64,000 bases of DNA from a virus: IMG/VR virus record IMGVR_UViG_3300045391_004889, positions 32,001 to 96,000 of that record; one strand, given 5' to 3'. The notes under the pieces are model-generated. The model was given only the letters and a program-made list of their open reading frames with translations, was not told where the DNA came from and made no database searches. Position numbers and translations under genes: made by a program. How positions within the stretch are numbered: the first letter of the stretch is position 1; every line of letters begins with the position of its first letter. Positions 8,837 through 18,553 of this stretch are shown here, piece after piece.

Positions 8837-11800
8837 GTGGCGTCACGAGGCTCCATCATCAGCGGCGCCAAGCACATCCCGGGAGGCGCACGTCCGACAC
8901 CTGCCCCACAGGGCAGCGGACCGAACTTCGGGCAGATGTCGCCGCTGAGCGCGCAGCTCGACACCGGTGGCTCCACCGGTAACGGTTGGGCGTACACGTA
9001 CGGTGGGTTCCTGCCACGTCCCACCGAGGACTTCACCGAGGGCGCCTTCGGTCCCTTCAGCCCGATCCTCCCCGTCCCGGTCGACGCCCCACCTCCGGGT
9101 GCTGAGCGTGCTGAGCCGAGGCGCGAGGAGTACCGGGTTGGCTGGAACCTCCCAGTCGGTCAGCCGGGCACTGAGGGTCTCAAGCTGGCAGACTTCAGCA
9201 CCCTGCGTACCCTGGCTGACCTGTACTCCGTGGCGCGTGCGTGCATCCAGCTCCGCAAGGCGGAGATCCGCGGTCTCGAGTGGGACATCATGCCCACGCA
9301 CGACGCCGCGAAGAAGATGCGCAACGACCACAAGGCCACGGCCGACTTCAACGAGCGTCGCGTCAAGGCCATCAAGTTCTTCAAGCACCCTGACCCGGAC
9401 TACTTCAGCTGGAACTCGTGGCTGGATGCGGTGCTCGAAGAGATCTTCGTCTTCGACGCGCTCTCCATCCTCATGCGCCCGAAGTGGTCCAAGGGCACCG
9501 GCAAGGGACTGCTCGGCAGCGACCTGGACAGTCTCGCGTTGATCAGCGGCCCGACCATCCGGCCGCTGTATGACATCAACGGCTCGTATCCGCGGCCACC
9601 CGCACCGGCGTACCAGCAGTACCTGTACGGGGTGCCACGCACCGACCTCATGTCGATGATCACTCAGCGTGACATCGACGAGGCCGGTCTCAAGGGCTCG
9701 GAGATGAAGCAGTTCCGCGGTGACCAGCTGCTGTATCTCCCGATGACGCCTCGTCGGTGGACGCCATACGGCTTCCCGCCCATCGAGCGCGCTCTCATCC
9801 CGGTGATGTCCGGCCTCCAGAAGCAGGGCTACCAGCTCGACTTCTTCCGAGAGGGTTCCATTCCCGGGCTGTTCGTGTCACCTGGTGGCACGAACCAGAA
9901 CATGACGCCCAACCAGATCCGTGAGCTGCAGGACGCGCTCAACGCCATCGCGGGTGACCCCGCCTGGAAGCACAAGATCATCGTGCTGCCGGCGGACTCC
10001 AAGGTGATGCCGCAGAAGCCGGCTGAGATCGCGGACCAGTTCGACGAGATCGTGATGAGCCAGGTCTGCATGGCCTTCGACATCCAGCCGATGGAGATCG
10101 GCATCATGCCGAAGGTCTCCACCAGCGTCTCACCCGGCGCCGCCAACCAGATGTCGAAGGCCAGCCAGAACATCCACGAGCGCAAGGCCACCAAGCCGAT
10201 GCTCACGTTCCTGGCTGACATCATGAACGGTGTCCTTCACAACGTGGCTCACCAGGACGACATGCGGTTCGTCTTCGAAGGCACGATGGAGGAGGAAGAC
10301 GAGGAGACGAAGACCAAGCGTCTCGTCCTGCAGATCGGCGCCGGTCTCCGCTCCATCGACGAGGGCCGCGAGGAGCTCAACCTGCAGCCGTGGGGTCTCC
10401 CCGAGACCAGCGACCCAGGGTGGGCCACCCCGAACGGCTGGGTGCCGCTGGTGGAGGCCACCGAGGCACGTCAGACCGGCTGGATGACCGGCAACTTGTT
10501 GGAGCTGCCGGAGGGCGAGCCTCGTGCGACGGCCACGCTTCCCGGTGCGGCTCCCGCACCTGGTCAGCCGGCTCAGCCTGGCGCCGCAGCCGCCTCAGCG
10601 AACGGCGCGCAGCCACGCATCAACCCGGTCATGAGCGGACGCCCCGCCGCGATGGCGAGCGGACGCGGCAACGCCGCCCCGTCGCCTGGTCACAGCGGAG
10701 CCAGCGCAGCTGCGAGCGGCGGCAAGGCCCCGGCCAAGAAGGCACCCGTCAAGAAGGCGACGGCCGGCAAGATGCGCGCCATCGAGTCGGAACTCAGCGC
10801 GTTGGCTCGTCACGTGCGGAAGGGACGGCTGATCTCCAGCTGGACCCCACGGCACGTTGACAATCACATGCTGGCTCGCGTCGCCGAGAACGTGGCCAAG
10901 GGCATGATCATCGAAGACGCCATCGAGGTCGTGAAGGCGTCGCGTCGGGTCGGGCTCAACGGTCAGATCTTCGAGGAGACGCCACCCAACACGCCTCAGG
11001 TGCCGATGTTCGACGCCGCGGGCGGTGGTGCTCGGGTTTTTCCACCACACGACGTAGATGACATCCCGGTTGAGGGTGAGGGTCGCGTCAACCGCGGGGT
11101 GGAGGTGCCAGGCGGTGTGCCTGGCTCAACCGCAGGCGGGGAACCACCACGGTGGGCGCCCGCTGAGGGAACCTCGAGCGGCAACACCTTCAGTGAGCCA
11201 CGCTCACGCCGGGACGTCACCCCCGAGGACGGAGATGACGCTGAGGCGCCCTCCCACCGAGGGCGCCCGGAGCACCAGGACGGTGGGCCACGAGGCTCTC
11301 AGAACGGCACCTGGCCCCGCGGTGGGCACGGTACGGGGCAAGCTGGCGGCGACAGTCCACCGGGTACCGTGAAGGGTGTCGTGGGTGGCGCACCCGCCGC
11401 GGAGGTTCGTGCCGTGATGCTGCGCAACTTCCCCGCGGAGGCGATCGCGTGGGTGGATGACGCGAGTTGGACCATGCAGCTCGTGCCGCTTCACGACGTC
11501 GACTTCGACAACGAGGACAGCTGGGCGGCACACCACCAACCTGATAAGGTCCGTCACTTCGCGGCGCAGATCGAGGCCGGTAACCCACCGCGTCCGGCGA
11601 TCATGGTCAAGACGCCGATCCATCATCGCTTGCGGATCGTGGATGGTCATCACCGCGCGTTGGCGTACCGCTCCCTCGGGAAGCCGGTGCCGGCATACGT
11701 GGGTACCATCGAAGATCCAACCGACATGCGGTGGTCAGAGACGCACTCCTCCCAGCTGCATCAGGGGAGTGACCCGGCCAACAAGGGTGAGGGTGGCATG

Positions 11801-12406
11801 GTCTCCAAGGAGTCGGTGGACTACCGTCCGGCTGAGACCCTCGAGGAGCGATGCGGCACCTGCTCCATGTTCCGCGAGCCGAACAGCTGCACGTTGGTCC
11901 TGGGCATCATCCAGCGCGATGACGTCTGCGACGAGTGGGACCCGATCACCGTCAACCAGGAGACGCCGGTCGCGGCCGGTCTCACCGTGGTTGCGGCGGA
12001 CACCGGTCGCGTGCTGATGCTGCAACGAGCGCTCACCCCTGGTGACCCGGCTGCTGGCACGTGGGAGTTCCCAGGCGGCTGCCTGGATCTCGGTGAGACC
12101 CCGCTCATGGCAGCTGAACGCGAGTGGCAGGAGGAGACCGGCTGCACGTTGCCGCGAGGCAAGGTCACCGGCACCTGGGTATCCGACAACGGCGTGTACC
12201 AGGGCTTCACCTACGTGGTTCCGTCAGAGTCCAGCGTGGAGATCTTCGGTGGCCGCGACGCGGTCAGCAACCCGGATGACCCGGATGGTGACAGCATCGA
12301 GGCGTTGGCGTGGTGGGAACCAGACCAGCTGATGGACTGCCCGGCCATGCGGCCGGAGCTGGCACGTGACCTCGACTCCTGGCTGGGGTTGATCTCACAG
12401 CGATGA
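8837..12406 (+). CDS. portal protein with C-terminal ParB-like, HiPIP-like and NUDIX domains
   Basis: HK97-like portal core (YGFPPIE, FFREGSIP, LRSIDEGREELNLQP); IVDGHHR; four-Cys module; NUDIX box GGCLDLGETPLMAAEREWQEETG. Confidence 0.88.
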   Translation: MASRGSIISGAKHIPGGARPTPAPQGSGPNFGQMSPLSAQLDTGGSTGNGWAYTYGGFLPRPTEDFTEGAFGPFSPILPVPVDAPPPGAERAEPRREEYRVGWNLPVGQPGTEGLKLADFSTLRTLADLYSVARACIQLRKAEIRGLEWDIMPTHDAAKKMRNDHKATADFNERRVKAIKFFKHPDPDYFSWNSWLDAVLEEIFVFDALSILMRPKWSKGTGKGLLGSDLDSLALISGPTIRPLYDINGSYPRPPAPAYQQYLYGVPRTDLMSMITQRDIDEAGLKGSEMKQFRGDQLLYLPMTPRRWTPYGFPPIERALIPVMSGLQKQGYQLDFFREGSIPGLFVSPGGTNQNMTPNQIRELQDALNAIAGDPAWKHKIIVLPADSKVMPQKPAEIADQFDEIVMSQVCMAFDIQPMEIGIMPKVSTSVSPGAANQMSKASQNIHERKATKPMLTFLADIMNGVLHNVAHQDDMRFVFEGTMEEEDEETKTKRLVLQIGAGLRSIDEGREELNLQPWGLPETSDPGWATPNGWVPLVEATEARQTGWMTGNLLELPEGEPRATATLPGAAPAPGQPAQPGAAAASANGAQPRINPVMSGRPAAMASGRGNAAPSPGHSGASAAASGGKAPAKKAPVKKATAGKMRAIESELSALARHVRKGRLISSWTPRHVDNHMLARVAENVAKGMIIEDAIEVVKASRRVGLNGQIFEETPPNTPQVPMFDAAGGGARVFPPHDVDDIPVEGEGRVNRGVEVPGGVPGSTAGGEPPRWAPAEGTSSGNTFSEPRSRRDVTPEDGDDAEAPSHRGRPEHQDGGPRGSQNGTWPRGGHGTGQAGGDSPPGTVKGVVGGAPAAEVRAVMLRNFPAEAIAWVDDASWTMQLVPLHDVDFDNEDSWAAHHQPDKVRHFAAQIEAGNPPRPAIMVKTPIHHRLRIVDGHHRALAYRSLGKPVPAYVGTIEDPTDMRWSETHSSQLHQGSDPANKGEGGMVSKESVDYRPAETLEERCGTCSMFREPNSCTLVLGIIQRDDVCDEWDPITVNQETPVAAGLTVVAADTGRVLMLQRALTPGDPAAGTWEFPGGCLDLGETPLMAAEREWQEETGCTLPRGKVTGTWVSDNGVYQGFTYVVPSESSVEIFGGRDAVSNPDDPDGDSIEALAWWEPDQLMDCPAMRPELARDLDSWLGLISQR

Positions 12407-12606
12407 GCGACACGGCAACCCTGCTGCAGAAGCTGGCCGACGCGTTGAACGAGTGCGCGGAGGCCGGCCTCCGCATCAAGCTCAAGCACAACGCGGTGTA
12501 CACGCGAGAGGGGTACGTGCTCCCGGTGGACGATGACCGCTGGGTGGCACGTACCCTGCTGTACACCGAGCTTACCCCAACCGACGACCACGACGACGAG
12601 GACTGA
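12403..12606 (+). CDS. hypothetical protein
   Basis: ATGA coupling to the portal stop. Confidence 0.6.
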   Translation: MSDTATLLQKLADALNECAEAGLRIKLKHNAVYTREGYVLPVDDDRWVARTLLYTELTPTDDHDDED

Positions 12607-12619
12607 CCGAGGAGCTGTA

Positions 12620-15448
12620 GTGGCTGCGACCCTGACTCCAAGTGGTGAGCTGACCTACCTCAGCTTCCCGATCACCAAGTTCGAAGAGACCCCCGACGGC
12701 AACCTGTACGTCTACGGCAAGGCCACCGACGGCAGCGTGGATAGCGACGAGCAGATCGTCGACACCGACTTCAGCAGCAAGGCCATCGCGGACTGGCTGT
12801 CTTCCGGCGCCAACGTGCGGGTCCAGCACAACGCGCAGCGCGACCCCGCCGGCGTCGGCGTGGAGGTCAACACCGGCGGTGACGGTGCCACCTGGGTGAA
12901 GTCCCTCGTGGTCGAGCCGACCGCGAAGACCCTGGTGCGCCACAAGGCCCTGCGAGCCTACAGCGTCGGCATCGCGCGGCCGAAGATCGTGCGTGACAAC
13001 GTCGCACGTGGTGGCCGCATCGTCGACGGTGAGATCGTCGAGATCAGCCTGGTGGACCGCCCGGCCAACAAGAACTGCGGCATCGAACTCGTCAAGGCGG
13101 ACAAGGACGGCAACGCGGAGTTCACCGGCAAGGTGTTCGGTGACGGAGACGTGCTGACCAAGGCCGTCAAGGACGAGGAGACCGTGACCATCCCGGCATC
13201 CAGCACCTTCAGCCCGAGGGACCTGATGATGCTGCTCAAGCACCGTGAAGTCGCCGAGAAGCGTCTCGCCGAGGGTGTTGAGGTCGTGACACGCGCCGAC
13301 GGCAGCCCACTCACCGTGGACAAGCGTCAGATGGACCCGTCCGTCGGTGGTGGTGTGGATCGCGATAAGATCCCCGCCAAGGACTTCGCCGGTCGCGACC
13401 GCTCCTTCCCGATCGTCACCCCCGGCGACGTCAGCGACGCCGCCAGCTCCATCGGTCGCGCTGGTTCCGACAACTACTCCAGCGACAAGCTGAAGCGGAA
13501 CATCATCCGCATCGCTCGCCGCAAGGGCAGCGCCTTCGTGGCTGAGCTCCCGGAGTCGTGGAAGAAGGAGCTCGGGATGAAGAGTGACGCGGAGCCGGAC
13601 GAGGTGAAGGCGAACTCCGGGATGGCCGACGAGGACGAGCAGACGCCCGTCACGAAGGACGCTGACGCGGACGTCGACACCGAGGACGACGGCGACGACA
13701 AGGCGGACGACGACGCGAAGAAGGGCGAGGCCATGGAGGCCAAGCCTGACACCACCAAGGGCATGAAGGACTGCAAGGGTTGCGGCGCCGCGTACGACGG
13801 GGACTCCAAGCTTCGTCGCTGCGCCAAGTGCAACGCCAAGCTCCCGATGGCCAAGGGTGACGCGGCGGAGACCACGAAGGCGAAGAAGACCAAGGTCGTC
13901 TGCCCCGGCTGTGGCGCAAACATCAACGCCAAGCACGGCTTCTGCCCCGAGTGCGGCAAGAAGATCCCCGGCTCCGCCAAGCCGGCCAACAAGAACCACA
14001 AGTTCACGTGCCTCGGCTGCGACCGCTTCCCCCTGGACAAGGGTGAGCGGTTCTGCCCAGGTTGCGGCAAGGAGAACCCGGGCTACCTGGAGGCTGCTGA
14101 TCGGCAGCTGAAGGTGGCCAAGGGTGCGCCTGTCCCGGGTGCCGGCGTGGTCGGTCCGGCCGCCGCTGACATCGAGCCGGTCCCAGCTCACCGTGAGCCG
14201 GACGGCGCCGCCATCGAGGCCCTGGAGAGTGACGCAGGCATGGAAACCGTTCCCGACAGCACCGTGCAGTTGAAGGCCGCCACGCGGCTCAAGTCGGTCG
14301 GCGTGACCAACGAGATGGGCGCGCTCCACGACTTGCTGTGCCCCGCCTTCAACCCGGCTGAGGCCGCCAAGGCTCACCCGATCACCACGCTTCACACCCT
14401 GGACGCGGGTGTCTGGCAGGCCAAGGCTTCCGACGCCGTCTTCAGCGGCACGATCGAGGAGGCCGGCGCAGCCGCTCAGCTCTGGCAGGCCGCGGAGACC
14501 ATCAAGAGCAGCCAGCTCGACCTGCTCAACGAGCTCCGTGACGAGGCGCACAAGTCCTTCCAGGACGCCAACCCGGGTCCCGGTTCCTTCCCGTCACCGA
14601 CGGAGCTCAGCCCCGTCCGCTTCCGTCGTCCGCTGCTGACGGATGGTCGCGAGACCCCGTCACCTGGCCACGACGGTCCGAACATGGCAGCTGTGCCCAC
14701 CTCGGACATCCAGGCGGCGCAGTTCACCCGTGGTCACCTGGACTCTGGCCACGCGGCTGACAGTCCGAGCAACAAGGGCACGGCCATCCTGCCGGCCCCG
14801 GTTCCCACCGGCGCGCCGCAGCGTACCTACTACCGCAACACGAACCGCGACTCCGCACGCAGCGCCATGGCGGCCATGCACGACCACATCGCGCAGACCT
14901 TCCCGGACCTGTGCAGCATGAGCGCGGACGCGGGGATGGCCAACGGCTCTCGTCCGGTCCCGTCTGCGGTGGGTGCGGCCAAGTCCGAGGACGCCGTCGT
15001 GGAGCCGGTCGTCGAGACGCAGGCCGTCGAGGAGCCGAAGGTCAAGAAGGCGAAGAAGGCGAAGGCGATCGAGAAGGCCGCCACCGTCGTCGACGCTGAC
15101 GTGATCAAGAGCGCGGTTCTCGAGGCCACGCGCGACCTCGCCGCCCAGGTGGAGCAGATCACCAAGTCGCTCGCCGAGGCGCAGCAGCAGAACAAGGTCC
15201 TGGCCGACGCGGTGGACGCGCTCGGCAACCTGCCGGACCCGAACGTCGCCGCCTTCCGAGGTGTCGGCTTCGAGACGGCCACCAAGTCTTCGGCAGCTCC
15301 GGTGGGGCTGCCGTCCGTCGCCGAAACCGCGGAGCGGCAGCAGGCGGCACTCATGCGAGCCCTGCAGGAGCAGGCTCGTACCAGTCCCAACCCGAGCGAG
15401 CGGGAAGCCGCTTGGGCGAAGCTCTACCAGATGAACGGGCTCGCCTGA
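12620..15448 (+). CDS. prohead (capsid maturation) protease fused to DUF6582-like domain, Zn ribbons and scaffold
   Basis: HK97 protease motifs QH, AYSVG, EISLVDRPAN; RSFPI...LPESW module; three double-CxxC ribbons; coiled-coil C-terminus; directly before the capsid gene. Confidence 0.85.
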   Translation: MAATLTPSGELTYLSFPITKFEETPDGNLYVYGKATDGSVDSDEQIVDTDFSSKAIADWLSSGANVRVQHNAQRDPAGVGVEVNTGGDGATWVKSLVVEPTAKTLVRHKALRAYSVGIARPKIVRDNVARGGRIVDGEIVEISLVDRPANKNCGIELVKADKDGNAEFTGKVFGDGDVLTKAVKDEETVTIPASSTFSPRDLMMLLKHREVAEKRLAEGVEVVTRADGSPLTVDKRQMDPSVGGGVDRDKIPAKDFAGRDRSFPIVTPGDVSDAASSIGRAGSDNYSSDKLKRNIIRIARRKGSAFVAELPESWKKELGMKSDAEPDEVKANSGMADEDEQTPVTKDADADVDTEDDGDDKADDDAKKGEAMEAKPDTTKGMKDCKGCGAAYDGDSKLRRCAKCNAKLPMAKGDAAETTKAKKTKVVCPGCGANINAKHGFCPECGKKIPGSAKPANKNHKFTCLGCDRFPLDKGERFCPGCGKENPGYLEAADRQLKVAKGAPVPGAGVVGPAAADIEPVPAHREPDGAAIEALESDAGMETVPDSTVQLKAATRLKSVGVTNEMGALHDLLCPAFNPAEAAKAHPITTLHTLDAGVWQAKASDAVFSGTIEEAGAAAQLWQAAETIKSSQLDLLNELRDEAHKSFQDANPGPGSFPSPTELSPVRFRRPLLTDGRETPSPGHDGPNMAAVPTSDIQAAQFTRGHLDSGHAADSPSNKGTAILPAPVPTGAPQRTYYRNTNRDSARSAMAAMHDHIAQTFPDLCSMSADAGMANGSRPVPSAVGAAKSEDAVVEPVVETQAVEEPKVKKAKKAKAIEKAATVVDADVIKSAVLEATRDLAAQVEQITKSLAEAQQQNKVLADAVDALGNLPDPNVAAFRGVGFETATKSSAAPVGLPSVAETAERQQAALMRALQEQARTSPNPSEREAAWAKLYQMNGLA

Positions 15449-15512
15449 GCCGTCCCGACTACCCACTCGGCACGTGAGTGCCACCCTGATCTTCCTGTGA
15501 AAGGAGGCCTCC

Positions 15513-17327
15513 GTGGCTGACATCCTCAGCATGGAGGTGCCCGCCCCCACGGTGGGCCAGGCGTCTCAGGACGCCGCGTCGGAAGCGTCTCGTTACAACC
15601 ACACCGGCGACATGCTCAAGGCCAAGATGACCGACATGGTCAAGGGCGCGGGCTTCGTCGGCAACGGTAACCACGCGCTGACGGACCCGATGCAGATCAC
15701 CACCAAGGCCCACCAGGCCGCGATGGAGCTGCGCACGGAGACGCACCGCGGTTACACCAACCGCACGTCCGTCGTGAAGTCGATGAACCCCGGCTTCCTC
15801 AACCAGTTCGGCAACCTGAAGACGGCGCTCACCATGCCGTCCATCGGCGAGCAGCTCCAGCAGCTCGTCGGTCAGATGCCGGGTGGCGCGGACGCGCTCA
15901 AGAGCTTCACCGCCGGTAACCTCGGCATCGGCACGGTCAGCGGCCTGGTGCCGTTCGACCTGCTGGCACCGTCGCGACTGATCTACCCGGTCTACACGGT
16001 CTTCCGCAACAAGCTGCCTCGTCCGGCCGGTCAGGGCACGAGCCGCATCGAGCGCGTGTTCACCGGTGTCTCCGGTTCGCAGACCGGTGGTCAGGGTGTC
16101 GTCGACATCTCGATCCCCGAGCTCGTCCAGAGCGGCGGCACCCTGGCTAGCAGCACTTGGCCGCTGAACATCCCGGGCACCGGTTCTCAGACCGAGGTCC
16201 AGCTCAACGTGCCGTACAAGTTCTTCGGCCTCACCGAGTCGCTCTCGTGGCTGGCGCAGTTCGCCGGCCAGGGCTTCGAGGACATCTCCGCTCTCGCGAA
16301 CCTCATCCTCCTGCAGGAGATGATGCTCGGCGAGGAGTACCAGATGCTCGCGGCCACGAGCCAGGCGCTCACCACGCCTGGTGCCCCGACCGCGGCGGTT
16401 CGAGCGGCCGGCTCCAACGAGACCGCGCTCAACACCACGCTCACCAACGTCGCGGTCGTCGCGAAGAACTACTACGGTGGCACCGCGGGTTCGACGAACT
16501 CCGGCAGCTTCACCGTCTCGGCCGGCCAGGTCGTGGACGTCACCATCGCGCCGGTCGCGGGTGCCCTGTCCTACGACATCTACGGCTACGACGGCAGCAG
16601 CTACTACCTGCTCGCGCAGAACGTCGGTGGTGTCAAGTACACCCTGCAGGGCAGCACGCTTCCGAGCGCGGTCAGCAAGCCGGCCACCGACTCGGGCACC
16701 GGTTCCGCCACCCGCATGGAGGGCATCATCCCGACCCTGGCGGGTAAGTCCGCCGCGGCGGGTGTGTACCCGAACCAGTGGCAGGGTGGCTACTACAACG
16801 CCAGCGTCGGTCAGCACCTGAACTACAACGTGTTGTACACCGCGCTGCAGCAGCTGTGGGACGACAGCGGCAGCAACAACCCCGGCTCGTTCCGCGCTGA
16901 CCCGGCGGAGATCGTCGGTGAGGGTGGCGACATCATGCGCCTCTCGAACGACGTCATCGCGCAGGGTTCGGCCACGAACTACCGCCTCTTCCTGGAGCAG
17001 AGCGAGGTGCCAGGCGTCCGCGTCGGTGCCGCGGTCTCCGAGTTCCAGAACCCGATCACCCGGTCGGTGCTCAAGCTCGTGGTCCACCCGTGGCTGACGC
17101 AGGGTACCGCGATGCTGATGACCTACCAGCTCCCACAGACGTGGACGAACGTCGCCAACGCGTGGGAGATGACCATGGTGCAGGACTACGTGTCCATCGC
17201 CTGGCCGGTCATCGACGCGACCTTCCGGTACTCGATCTTCATGTACGGCGCGCTCGTCTCGCACGCCCCGCAGTACTCCGGCCTCATCCAGGGTCTGCAG
17301 GTCTCGGACACCACGCCGTTCAGCTAG
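15513..17327 (+). CDS. major capsid protein with inserted beta-domain
   Basis: strong RBS GAAAGGAGG; position after the protease; very strong codon bias; followed by a terminator. Confidence 0.85.
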   Translation: MADILSMEVPAPTVGQASQDAASEASRYNHTGDMLKAKMTDMVKGAGFVGNGNHALTDPMQITTKAHQAAMELRTETHRGYTNRTSVVKSMNPGFLNQFGNLKTALTMPSIGEQLQQLVGQMPGGADALKSFTAGNLGIGTVSGLVPFDLLAPSRLIYPVYTVFRNKLPRPAGQGTSRIERVFTGVSGSQTGGQGVVDISIPELVQSGGTLASSTWPLNIPGTGSQTEVQLNVPYKFFGLTESLSWLAQFAGQGFEDISALANLILLQEMMLGEEYQMLAATSQALTTPGAPTAAVRAAGSNETALNTTLTNVAVVAKNYYGGTAGSTNSGSFTVSAGQVVDVTIAPVAGALSYDIYGYDGSSYYLLAQNVGGVKYTLQGSTLPSAVSKPATDSGTGSATRMEGIIPTLAGKSAAAGVYPNQWQGGYYNASVGQHLNYNVLYTALQQLWDDSGSNNPGSFRADPAEIVGEGGDIMRLSNDVIAQGSATNYRLFLEQSEVPGVRVGAAVSEFQNPITRSVLKLVVHPWLTQGTAMLMTYQLPQTWTNVANAWEMTMVQDYVSIAWPVIDATFRYSIFMYGALVSHAPQYSGLIQGLQVSDTTPFS

Positions 17328-17335
17328 TCGAACCC

Positions 17336-17363
17336 GCGGCCCGGCACGCGAGTGCCGGGCCGC
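17336..17363 (+). terminator. stem-loop after the capsid gene
   Basis: GCGGCCCGGCAC-gcga-GTGCCGGGCCGC, 12-bp perfect stem. Confidence 0.7.
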
Positions 17364-17384
17364 TTCACACGGAAGGCACCGCAA

Positions 17385-17705
17385 GTGGCTATCTTCGCTG
17401 CTGGCACCGCGACGACCACTTCGGTCGGCAACAGTGCCACCAAGGTTTTCGACGTCACCTCGTCCAACTGGGCTGACGGCGCGACTCTCACCAACGTGAC
17501 CGTCCTCAACACGGGAACCGTCACGGCCTTCATCGGCATCGCGGCTGTCACCGCCACGGGTCTGCGTCTGGCTCCCGGCCAGCAGCTGACCATCTACGGG
17601 TACAGCTACGTCAAGGGCAACACCGCCGGTGACATCTACGCGATCACCGCGTCGGGTACCACGACCATCGAGACCGGTCTCAGCACGGTCAACGCGACCG
17701 TCTGA
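17385..17705 (+). CDS. small virion (decoration-like) protein 1
   Basis: Thr/Gly-rich; motif NTG..T..G...VTATG..LAPG shared with the two following genes. Confidence 0.7.
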   Translation: MAIFAAGTATTTSVGNSATKVFDVTSSNWADGATLTNVTVLNTGTVTAFIGIAAVTATGLRLAPGQQLTIYGYSYVKGNTAGDIYAITASGTTTIETGLSTVNATV

Positions 17706-17769
17706 GTCCACAAGCTGGCCGGCTGGTACCCATCGTGCCAGCCGGCCACCCACCCGAAAGGCGTTCACC

Positions 17770-18246
17770 GTGACTGTGAGCACCGTCTCCGTCCCGTCCT
17801 CGCCCGTCGTGGTGTTCGCCCCGTCGGGTAGCGACACGACCGGCGTTCTCGTCAACACCGGCACCAGCGTGCTGTATCTGGGTCAGTCGGCGGTCACCGC
17901 GGCCACCGGCTTCCCGCTCCAGCCTGGGGCGTCGCTCCAGGTCAACTCGAACGTCAAGCTGTACGCGGTGGCGGGCACCGACGTGATCGGTACCCCGACC
18001 TCCGCCGCAAGCGCTCCGATCTCCTCGGGTGCCACGGCAATCACCGTCGCCTCCGGCGGCGCCAGCTTCACACAGAACATGATCGTCTCGATCATCGATG
18101 GCAACAACACGGAGCTCGTTACCGTGGGTGCCGGTTCGGGGCCCACGAGCGTGGTCGTCTCCGCAACGGCTCACGCGCATGCCAGCGGCGTCGCGTTTGG
18201 TCAGTTCATCCGACACGCGGGTGGCAGCATCCAGGTCACCATGTGA
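17770..18246 (+). CDS. small virion (decoration-like) protein 2 with inserted AHA-G module
   Basis: GAAAGG RBS; paralogue motif NTGTSVLYLGQSAVTAATGFPLQPG. Confidence 0.7.
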   Translation: MTVSTVSVPSSPVVVFAPSGSDTTGVLVNTGTSVLYLGQSAVTAATGFPLQPGASLQVNSNVKLYAVAGTDVIGTPTSAASAPISSGATAITVASGGASFTQNMIVSIIDGNNTELVTVGAGSGPTSVVVSATAHAHASGVAFGQFIRHAGGSIQVTM

Positions 18247-18257
18247 GGGTGTAACTG

Positions 18258-18545
18258 ATGGCGATCGTCTCCGGGAACTTCACCCCCACCACCACCTCAA
18301 CTGCCGTCGCCACGATCCCGAACGGTCCGTGCCAGGTCGTGCTCAGCAACACGAGCAGCGTCACGGTCTACTTCGCGGTCGGTACCAACGCGGCGACCGC
18401 CGCAAACGGATTTGCCATCCCTGCGGGGGCCCCACCGGTCACCGTGGTGGCGTATCCTGGATCAGCAGGCGGACCACTCAACGTCGTCATCGCGAGCGGA
18501 ACCGCGACCGGCGTCGTGAGCTGGTTCATCTCCACCACTCAGTAG
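18258..18545 (+). CDS. small virion (decoration-like) protein 3
   Basis: motif SNTSSVTVYFAVG...TAANGFAIPAG. Confidence 0.7.
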   Translation: MAIVSGNFTPTTTSTAVATIPNGPCQVVLSNTSSVTVYFAVGTNAATAANGFAIPAGAPPVTVVAYPGSAGGPLNVVIASGTATGVVSWFISTTQ

Positions 18546-18553
18546 GAGGCGCG

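Noticed and set aside
15459-17864. Long antisense ORFs (also 3748-5463, 12572-14551, 24903-27434, 47243-48949 and others)
   Set aside because: These are shadows of strongly GC3-biased genes on the opposite strand. They have no RBS or recognisable motifs and fully overlap confident genes.
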